Shown: positions 16,047-22,761 of the stretch, in pieces
Layout: every line of letters starts with the position of its first letter
Numbering within the stretch: the first letter of the stretch is position 1
Assembly: GCF_000092105.1 (NCBI RefSeq)
Contig: NC_014148.1
Coordinates: 2,730,001-2,762,000, forward strand
DNA: 32,000 bases
Reading direction: 5' to 3'
Source: Planctopirus limnophila DSM 3776
GTDB lineage: Bacteria > Planctomycetota > Planctomycetia > Planctomycetales > Planctomycetaceae
The notes under the pieces: model-generated
The model's database searches: none
The model's input: only the letters and a program-made list of their open reading frames with translations
Told to the model about the DNA's origin: nothing
Position numbers and translations under genes: made by a program

Positions 16047-16417
16047 GTGACACTCTGCAGAACGTTGTGAATGCGGGTGACGAGGCCTCGAAAATCTTCC
16101 CACTCGTAGGGCTGTTGAGCGGGGTTCAAGTGAGTGACGGCATAGACGCGGAGCTGGCCGTCAATCGTTTCTTCGATGGTGTCGCCACGGGTGGGCGTGA
16201 TGACTGTGCCGGCCAGTTCGAGTTCATCGCTGTGGAACGTCCATTCATGGCTTTGCCAGGTGATCTCCAGACCGTCTGCGTTGTAGCCTCGCTGCTTGCT
16301 TTGGCCTCGCACTCCCACGAGTTCGACCGACTGGTTGCCGCGTCGATAAATGACCGTGGCCCCGTTGATCAGCTTCATGGTGTGGAGAGCGGCAGAGATG
16401 GAATCGGACATATCCAT
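16043..16417 (-). CDS. Head-tail joining / head-closure-like protein, 124 aa
   Basis: ATG 16417 lies just after the upstream stop (16429). The sequence MDMSDSISAALHTMKLINGATVIYRRGNQSVELVGVRG... fits the small beta-barrel connector pattern. The ORF-track N-terminal extension overlaps the upstream gene. Confidence 0.5.
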   Translation of the reverse strand: MDMSDSISAALHTMKLINGATVIYRRGNQSVELVGVRGQSKQRGYNADGLEITWQSHEWTFHSDELELAGTVITPTRGDTIEETIDGQLRVYAVTHLNPAQQPYEWEDFRGLVTRIHNVLQSVT

Positions 16418-16428
16418 GGTGGCGGGCC

Positions 16429-17163
16429 TCACGGGCGGTGGAGACGGCTGAAGAGACGTTTGCGGGGTTTGCTGGGTGCGGGCTGGTAAGTCACGACATG
16501 CCGTGGAACATTCGCCAGAGTGACGGGCCGACATTGGCCCCCTTCGCAGATCACAGCCGGGGGCCGCAAGTGAGCCGTGGGGCTCCGTGCTGCCTGGGGC
16601 TTCTGCTGTGGTGTCGGTTGGGGCCTGGGCGCCTCGGCGGGAGTGGGCTGCGGCTTTTGCATCACGGCGGGAATGGCCGCTGGTGTCGGCATTCGCACTT
16701 TGACGGGTGAGGGCGGCAAATCCCAATTCAGCCGCGGGGCTTCGGGCGTCGAGATCGGGTCAGGGAATGGCACCAATGGCGTGAGAATTACCGGGGGCGT
16801 GAGCAGCTCCAGCGGCGTGAGATCGACCGGCGGGAGAGCATTGGCCGCACTCTCGAGCTGCTGGAGACAATCCTCGCACTCCTCGGGAGTCAAGACAGCG
16901 GGGGTCAACGGGTTGGGCGTCAACGGGGCAGGGCTCACGGGCGGAGCCGGTGGAGACTGCGGCACCTCATCGAGGAGCGACAGGAGCGAGAGATGGGCTT
17001 CAGCCACGGGACTCAAGACTTGGGCCGGGCGGCTGTCCGTGGCAGGAGCACTGGCCGCCAGCGGCAGCGCCTGCACGAAATGACTGAGACGGCAGGTGCT
17101 GACTCCCGCCAGCACACCAAAGCCGAATGCCCATAAAAATGCCAGAACTTTGAACGCACACAT
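16429..17163 (-). CDS. Secreted or membrane-anchored Pro-rich protein, 244 aa
   Basis: The N-terminal hydrophobic signal is MCAFKVLAFLWAFGFGVLAGVSTC. It is followed by extended Pro-rich sequence (PPAPPVSPAPLTPNPLTP...) and a short Cys pair, CEGGQC. The start is ATG 17163. Confidence 0.65.
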   Translation of the reverse strand: MCAFKVLAFLWAFGFGVLAGVSTCRLSHFVQALPLAASAPATDSRPAQVLSPVAEAHLSLLSLLDEVPQSPPAPPVSPAPLTPNPLTPAVLTPEECEDCLQQLESAANALPPVDLTPLELLTPPVILTPLVPFPDPISTPEAPRLNWDLPPSPVKVRMPTPAAIPAVMQKPQPTPAEAPRPQPTPQQKPQAARSPTAHLRPPAVICEGGQCRPVTLANVPRHVVTYQPAPSKPRKRLFSRLHRP

Positions 17164-17167
17164 TTGA

Positions 17168-18241
17168 TTACTCCTTCAGTCGGTCAAACAAAGACCAGTC
17201 GAGGTCATCGGCAGGAAAGCCGGTGGCGTCGTTGATCGCGTACAGGGTGGAGGAACGGCAGATTTTCTCGAACTCGGGCCATGTGACCCAAAACGAACCT
17301 TGCGGTTCATCGCCGAGCGGCTTTTTGTGGGCCTGGGCTCCGTGGCTGTTCCAGATCAGGAAATACTTGCGATCGAGGTTGTCGGAGACGGCACCATCGA
17401 AGCCGATCACCGCCATCTGATGAGCCCAGTTGCCGCCACGTCGGCAGACAATGCGGCCATCGATTTCCCGGCCTGCATCAGGCCGCCAATTGGTCGAGAG
17501 TGTGAGCGGGTAGCCATTGTCGAGAGCGGCGGCGGCCTCGGCAGCAGAGCGGATCGGGTAAGCATCGCCGGTGCGTTGTTTGCCCAGGGCAATCAGGCGG
17601 GCCGGTGGCCCGTTGCAGCCCCAGTCATCAGCGAGCCGCCCGGAATAAGGCACTCCCGCTTCTTCGGCTGTGACCACACCGAATTCGCGAAAGGCTTTGA
17701 TGGCGGATGAGGGATAAGCCCCGGCTCTGCGGCAGGGGAGTTTCGGCCCATCGACCAGTACCCGCGTGGCTCCATAGGTATAGGGCGGAAACGGATCAAT
17801 CACCCGTTGGGGTCTGCCACTGGCCACCTGCACCGAGAGCCGCAGCTTGTAGGCATTGCAGAAACCCTGGCTCACACAGTCCCCCGTCTCCTGGAACATC
17901 GCCGGAAACTGCTGGCCCACAGGCTTCGAGGCGGTCGAGACCTTCACGGCGGCCCGATAGAGCCGGGCATTGGCCGACTGGTGGCGCTCGAGGTTTTCGT
18001 CACCTTCCGCCGCGAAGGGCATGGGGAAGAGGGCATCATTGGTGGCGGCATCGACCTCGGCGAAGTCGTCGGGGAGGCCCAAGTTTTGATCGGGGCCAGC
18101 GTCCGGGCGAATCTCCACAGGGGGGCCTGGCTCGGCGGCTGGGCCTGCGGGATTGGGGGGCATGACGACCACGGCCACACAGAGCACACCGCAGATCGAG
18201 AGAATGGCGAGCAGCACTCGCAACCATAACTTCCACTGCAT
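17168..18241 (-). CDS. Membrane-anchored papain-like (clan CA, C1-like) cysteine peptidase, 357 aa
   Basis: The N-terminal TM helix is WLRVLLAILSICGVLCVAVVVM, followed by a Pro-rich linker. Catalytic motifs appear in papain order and spacing: Gln117/Cys122 in QETGDCVSQGF, His274 in NWAHQMAVIGF, Asn298 in LIWNSHG. Confidence 0.7.
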   Translation of the reverse strand: MQWKLWLRVLLAILSICGVLCVAVVVMPPNPAGPAAEPGPPVEIRPDAGPDQNLGLPDDFAEVDAATNDALFPMPFAAEGDENLERHQSANARLYRAAVKVSTASKPVGQQFPAMFQETGDCVSQGFCNAYKLRLSVQVASGRPQRVIDPFPPYTYGATRVLVDGPKLPCRRAGAYPSSAIKAFREFGVVTAEEAGVPYSGRLADDWGCNGPPARLIALGKQRTGDAYPIRSAAEAAAALDNGYPLTLSTNWRPDAGREIDGRIVCRRGGNWAHQMAVIGFDGAVSDNLDRKYFLIWNSHGAQAHKKPLGDEPQGSFWVTWPEFEKICRSSTLYAINDATGFPADDLDWSLFDRLKE

Positions 18242-18276
18242 GAATCACACTCCTTTGATGAGGGCGGCCTTCGGAC

Positions 18277-19200
18277 TTAGACGGCGGCCCGGAAAGCGGC
18301 GGCCACGGTGTCGCAGAAGTCGGCCCAATCGGTCATCGTCTTCAGCAGGCCGTCCATGTAGACCCGCTGAATCTCCGTCTTGGCGGCACTCTTGAGGGGT
18401 TGCCACTCGGCGGGGAGTGCGGCCAGCTCGCCCACCATGATCTGGAGCACTGCGTTAGGGGTGGTCAGTGTCCCCTTGCGAATCTTTTCGGCGACGTCTT
18501 CTGCCGATGTCGCCAGTTGGGGGCAGCGTGTGGCCCGCTCCTGGGGGTTCACCAGTCGAGCGGCGGCAGCCAGCTTGTCACGGATCGCAAATCGATCGGG
18601 TGGCAAGGGCTTGTCCGGTTCCGGTGGCGTGGGCCCGGGTGGCACGGGTGGAGGCTGTGGGCCTGCAGGCTTCACAGGATCGGGCTTGGCGGGCTGGGGG
18701 CCGACTGGCTGGGGGTTCACGTGGGGCCGGAGTTCCTCGAAGCGGATTGACCACTCGAAGAGCGTGTTGCCGGCCGCATCGCGGGTCGCTTTCACCTGGG
18801 CGGTTTCGGCTGGCTTCTCAATGTTCGTGCGGGCCTGCGACTCGGGGAGACAACCGGCCAGACAGCAGCTCATCACCAGAAACGGCAGCAGAGCGTAAAA
18901 GCCCTTCGTCGGTGGCTCTTTGGGGGGCTGTTCTGGAGAGTCGAGGGAGTCGAGAATCTCCTGTGATCCCTCCAGCCCCTGGGCCAGTTGATTGATGGTG
19001 CTGTTCGTGGTCAGGGCATGACGCAGCGAAGCGGCCACGCCCGCGAGTGCCGCCACATAGATGGCTTCTCTCCCTTCTGACGGGAGGAGCCCCAGCAGGT
19101 CGCACACGGCGAGAATGACCAGCAGCCCCGAAAGGGTGTAGGTCTTCTTGCCCGTGGATTTCTCAATCAAGGCGATGGCCAGTTGGACAATGTTATTCAC
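18277..19200 (-). CDS. Multi-pass membrane protein, 307 aa: holin-like two-TM N-terminus, an internal lipobox-like third hydrophobic segment, a Pro-rich linker and a helical C-terminal domain
   Basis: GTG 19200 has AGGGGA 7 nt upstream. TM1 is TLSGLLVILAVCDLLGLL and TM2 is AIYVAALAGVAASL. The third segment, FYALLPFLVMSCCLAGC, ends in the lipobox-like LAGC. Confidence 0.65.
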   Translation of the reverse strand: MNNIVQLAIALIEKSTGKKTYTLSGLLVILAVCDLLGLLPSEGREAIYVAALAGVAASLRHALTTNSTINQLAQGLEGSQEILDSLDSPEQPPKEPPTKGFYALLPFLVMSCCLAGCLPESQARTNIEKPAETAQVKATRDAAGNTLFEWSIRFEELRPHVNPQPVGPQPAKPDPVKPAGPQPPPVPPGPTPPEPDKPLPPDRFAIRDKLAAAARLVNPQERATRCPQLATSAEDVAEKIRKGTLTTPNAVLQIMVGELAALPAEWQPLKSAAKTEIQRVYMDGLLKTMTDWADFCDTVAAAFRAAV

Positions 19201-19237
19201 GAATCATTCCCCTAGCGGATTGAGTGAATGGGCCGAA

Positions 19238-19741
19238 TCAGCCAGCGAGTTCGATCGCTTCGAGACTGGAGGCCATGGCCGGGGTCGGCGTGGTGGCGTT
19301 CCAGAGTTGATTCAGCAGGAAATTCCCTGAGCTGGTGGCATTTCTGGCCAGTCTCACGGAGTAGGTTTGTTGTGCGGTTGAATTGGGTGCGTCAGTAAAC
19401 TGGAACACATCGGTTTCTGTGGAATAGGCCTGTCGCTGCAGACCAAAGACAGCAATGACTGTCGTTCCCCTAAGCACTGTCAGCAGGAAATACTTGTTCG
19501 ACGGCCCGTCATCGATATTGTTGCTGCTGCCGCTGATCTGGATTTGCAGCCGCACCAGGTTGGCCGCATTGGCCGGAGTAATGGTGCGACTGAGGACTTC
19601 CGTGCCGCTGGTATTGGTCGGCGTCGTGGACATGGTGGACGTGATCGTGGCGGTATCGGTTCGCGTGGTGACCACGCGCTGCAGCACCACACTGGCACCG
19701 CCGCCGCCACCTTCACCACTGTTGGCATTGCCGAATTTCAT
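19238..19741 (-). CDS. Hypothetical beta-rich virion-associated protein, 167 aa, with a poly-Gly and Thr/Ser-rich N-terminus
   Basis: ATG 19741..19739 lies 2 nt after the upstream stop (19746..19744). The N-terminus reads GEGGGGGAS followed by TTRTDTATITSTMSTTPTNTSGT. Confidence 0.55.
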   Translation of the reverse strand: MKFGNANSGEGGGGGASVVLQRVVTTRTDTATITSTMSTTPTNTSGTEVLSRTITPANAANLVRLQIQISGSSNNIDDGPSNKYFLLTVLRGTTVIAVFGLQRQAYSTETDVFQFTDAPNSTAQQTYSVRLARNATSSGNFLLNQLWNATTPTPAMASSLEAIELAG

Positions 19742-19743
19742 CG

Positions 19744-20004
19744 TTACTCGGCTCCCCACTCGATCGATTGATTGGCAGCACTGGCCTTAACAGCCAATTG
19801 TGAGGGCTGTGTTTTCAGGTCGGGGAGAAACTCCCCAGCCGCCAGCGTGATTCCATCGGCATCAGCATCGTTGACATCAATCACATTCACGGTGCCGGTG
19901 TTCCCGGGCATGGCCCGGATCAACGTGCGCAGGCCTGTGGTGGCCTTGTCATGAATGGGCACATGAGCCTCGGTGCTGATGTTGTTCATTCGTCGCGAAA
20001 GCAT
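19744..20004 (-). CDS. Hypothetical small phage protein, 86 aa
   Basis: ATG 20004 is preceded by GGGGAG at 9-nt spacing. The longer ORF-track start (20145) would overlap the upstream gene. Confidence 0.45.
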   Translation of the reverse strand: MLSRRMNNISTEAHVPIHDKATTGLRTLIRAMPGNTGTVNVIDVNDADADGITLAAGEFLPDLKTQPSQLAVKASAANQSIEWGAE

Positions 20005-20023
20005 GGAACATTTCTCCCCAACA

Positions 20024-20065
20024 AGTGCTGGCAGGCCATACGTCGCCGCATAACCTGCCAGCACT
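20024..20065 (-). other. Perfect 12-bp inverted repeat (AGTGCTGGCAGG / CCTGCCAGCACT) with an 18-nt loop in an intergenic gap
   Basis: Read directly: arms at 20024..20035 and 20054..20065. No U-tract follows on the transcribed strand. The 8-mer GCTGGCAG recurs at 20086..20093. Confidence 0.6.
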
Positions 20066-20104
20066 TCCACCCGTCCTGCACAGCGGCTGGCAGCCGCACG
20101 CGAG

Positions 20105-20512
20105 TTAGAAGACCAGGCTGAGTGTGGCACTGGCTCCCGAGGCATTGGCAGCCCCGGTTTTGGTCGCCTTCAGTCTCACCCAGGGCAGCACATCGGAAGG
20201 AAGCCGCACGCGATCCGAGGCAGCCAAAGCACCAGCTCCATCCGCTCCGGTCTGGGTGAAGAGCGTGCCGTGAAGTGGCACGGGCGAAGTGAAGGCTTCG
20301 TCGACCGATTGCTCCAGGGCGTAGGAAACGGTTTGAGTGTCGGGGAGCCGGGCGGTGGTCAAGGCGGGGGCCTCGATCAGCAGCTCCGTATTGGCGGTGA
20401 ACTCATAACCCACTGCATTCACCAGAATGGCGGCGGAAACTGTCGAGGCCGCACCGTTGGGCAAGGCGAACGACTTTTGCAGGGCGGCATCTTTGAGATT
20501 GGGCAGAGGCAT
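20105..20512 (-). CDS. Hypothetical head-associated protein (decoration or connector candidate), 135 aa
   Basis: ATG 20512 is preceded by AAAGG. It is the first gene downstream of the major capsid gene. I recognise no motif. Confidence 0.6.
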   Translation of the reverse strand: MPLPNLKDAALQKSFALPNGAASTVSAAILVNAVGYEFTANTELLIEAPALTTARLPDTQTVSYALEQSVDEAFTSPVPLHGTLFTQTGADGAGALAASDRVRLPSDVLPWVRLKATKTGAANASGASATLSLVF

Positions 20513-20531
20513 GGCAGAGGCCTTTCAGAAA

Positions 20532-20556
20532 AGTGGGCCGCGAGGGCCAGCCCACT
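20532..20556 (-). terminator. Candidate leaky intrinsic terminator / attenuator after the capsid gene
   Basis: A 7-bp GC-rich stem (AGTGGGC/GCCCACT) has an 11-nt loop. On the minus strand it is followed by TTTCT. It lies 58 nt downstream of the capsid stop. Confidence 0.3.
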
Positions 20557-20613
20557 GATGGGAAACAGAAGAAGGATCAACACGCACAGCACCGACAGAT
20601 CACCGAGAGCGGA

Positions 20614-21528
20614 TTAGGTCACCGCTGGCTCATTGTTCTTGAGCGCTTCCGTCAACATGATCGGGACGTTGCCCACTTCGGTGGGGATGGGTGCGGGAGT
20701 ACCGGTGTTGTTGGTCGCTGTGCGGCTCTTGCGGAGTTCGTTCAGCGAATTCGTGTTCATCAGGAACATGTCGGGCCGGACATCGGCAGGGAACTTGGCC
20801 AGCAGATCGAACATCAGGTCATCGTTCAGCGTGTGACCCGCTGTTCCATCGAGGTTCGCAATTCGGGCCGCACTGTGGCGAGAACCAAGCTGGAGACCCA
20901 CACGGGTGTTGATTTCCTGACAGATTCCCGTGTAGGGCTTGCCATTGGCATCGTAGAGCGTCTGCTCTCGTTCGGGAGTCACGACCAGGCCCGTTCCATC
21001 CTGAGCCCAGAGCCACTGGACATGCTGCGGGCCGAACTTCACCGCCCAGACGGAACGGCCACCAGCTCCTTCGGCGTCCAGTGTCATGCCGGTGAGATCG
21101 TATTGAGCAACGAGGCCTGGAAAGCCTTTGGCATCGTTGTTGACGCCATAATAAAACTGCATGGCCAGATGGATCATGGCTCCCAACATGATCCCCTGAG
21201 CCTCGCGAGCCATGGCCGCTGCCGGGCCGTCTTCATCGGCCATGGCGACCGCTTTGTCCATGGCCCACTGCGGGTTGAAAATCATCGCTTCAAACGTCTT
21301 GTTGACGTAATTGTTTTTCAATCGATCCGTACCTTCGTTGGCACTGCGGAAGCCACCTCTGGGGACTTCGTTTCGCACCAGCACAGGGTAGCTGATCCCT
21401 TTGATGGTGCGGGCCGCTCCCAGTTGCAGCTCCGGAGTGGCAACAACGGTTTCTTCAATCAGCCCGACTGTGCGGTCAGAGCCGTTTTTCTTGGCGATAT
21501 CCAAGAGAGTGATCATTCCCGTGGGCAT
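20614..21528 (-). CDS. Major capsid protein, 304 aa
   Basis: ATG 21528 has AAAGGA upstream. It follows the protease/scaffold gene. The N-terminus MPTGMITLLDIAKKNGSDRTVGLIEE and the overall length fit phage major capsid proteins. An HK97 fold is assumed, not verified. Confidence 0.75.
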   Translation of the reverse strand: MPTGMITLLDIAKKNGSDRTVGLIEETVVATPELQLGAARTIKGISYPVLVRNEVPRGGFRSANEGTDRLKNNYVNKTFEAMIFNPQWAMDKAVAMADEDGPAAAMAREAQGIMLGAMIHLAMQFYYGVNNDAKGFPGLVAQYDLTGMTLDAEGAGGRSVWAVKFGPQHVQWLWAQDGTGLVVTPEREQTLYDANGKPYTGICQEINTRVGLQLGSRHSAARIANLDGTAGHTLNDDLMFDLLAKFPADVRPDMFLMNTNSLNELRKSRTATNNTGTPAPIPTEVGNVPIMLTEALKNNEPAVT

Positions 21529-21624
21529 GGCGAAATCCTTTCTGGCCCACATGGGCCGACACTTGGCAAAACATCAAACGTGAACAACGGACTGACGGAA
21601 CACGGGTGGCGGAAAGCGTGCGGC

Positions 21625-22761
21625 CTAACTCTGCTGCGTTTGGCCAGGCATCTGGAACCCTGCCGCAAACCGCGACAGACCAGGGGGCAGTCGATCGGCG
21701 AATTCAGCAGCTTTGGCCGCCAACTTGTCTTTCTCGGGTTCTTTGGCTGGTGGAGCGGAAAAGCTGACGGGCTGTGCTCCTGCCACTCCCAGCCCCCGCA
21801 AAGCATCGAGCTTGCTCTGCAGTTGCTTGTTTTCTTCGCCCACATCGAGAGCGAATTGGGCGGCGGCCTGAGTGAGCGAGAGCCCCTTGGCGAAATACTT
21901 GGCCCCATGCGTTTCGCCGAAGGTCTTCATGTAAAACTCGCCGGATGGCTTTTCTTCGTCCTCTGGCTCCTCATCATCGGAGAGACCATCCTTCGCGGGC
22001 TCGGTAGCCTGCTCGTCATTGCTCAAACCGGCTGAGTCCTCCGTGACTCCTCCGTTGGCCTCCAGGGCCACCGAAGTGCCGGTGTCTGCACCATAGGGGC
22101 AGATGGCCAGCCCCAGCAGTTCCCACTCTCGGAAAATCACCACGGGGCCTTCGACAGTCTGGCCGTTGACTTGAGCACTCTGGCCCGCCCCCAATTCCTC
22201 AATGCGGTATTTCCGCAGGTTCATGAGAATCGAGGCCTGATAGGGAACACCCAGGGCTGACTTGTGCAACACCTCGGCGGCTCGATCCTGCCCGAACGGG
22301 GTCAACATCCCCTTGATGACCAGCATCAAGTCCGATGGCTCGAAGACATCGGCATACCCCAGCACCTCGCCGGGGTTGTGGCAGTAATCGATCGTGATGC
22401 GGGGCGGGGCAGTCATCCCCGCGAAGTCATGCACGCAGCGATCCCAGTACCAGTGGGAAGCCACGCCACCTGTGCGAGCGTTGACCGTGACGGCCACACT
22501 GTCCGCTAAGCCAGTGGCTTCCTGCGGCTTGCCGTCCTCTCCCATGCCCTCTTTCGTGGTTTCGGAAAGTCCCTCTTTGCTGGCCTCACTCTCGGGCTCC
22601 TCGGTGTCATCGGACAAGCCCTCTTTGGTCTTGTCTTCGGTCGAGGTTTCGGAGAAGGCCCCCTTCTTGTGCCGGGGGTCGATCGTCAGCGCTGCCGCAA
22701 AGCACATCGCTTTGGCGGTCGGCTTGGCGCGTGGGGCCAGTGGCTTCGTGAGACTAGGCAT
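21625..22761 (-). CDS. Prohead protease / scaffold fusion candidate, 378 aa
   Basis: ATG 22761..22759 lies 2 nt after the portal stop. The central domain with ITIDYCHNPGEVLGYAD resembles the His region of HK97-type (S78) prohead proteases. It is flanked by acidic repeat linkers and ends in a helical scaffold-like tail. Confidence 0.55.
   Translation of the reverse strand: MPSLTKPLAPRAKPTAKAMCFAAALTIDPRHKKGAFSETSTEDKTKEGLSDDTEEPESEASKEGLSETTKEGMGEDGKPQEATGLADSVAVTVNARTGGVASHWYWDRCVHDFAGMTAPPRITIDYCHNPGEVLGYADVFEPSDLMLVIKGMLTPFGQDRAAEVLHKSALGVPYQASILMNLRKYRIEELGAGQSAQVNGQTVEGPVVIFREWELLGLAICPYGADTGTSVALEANGGVTEDSAGLSNDEQATEPAKDGLSDDEEPEDEEKPSGEFYMKTFGETHGAKYFAKGLSLTQAAAQFALDVGEENKQLQSKLDALRGLGVAGAQPVSFSAPPAKEPEKDKLAAKAAEFADRLPPGLSRFAAGFQMPGQTQQS

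Noticed and set aside
21544-21557. Palindrome GGCCCA-CA-TGGGCC 16 nt upstream of the capsid ATG
   Set aside because: The 2-nt loop is too tight for an RNA hairpin. A 6-bp GC palindrome is expected by chance in GC-rich DNA, and I have no supporting context.
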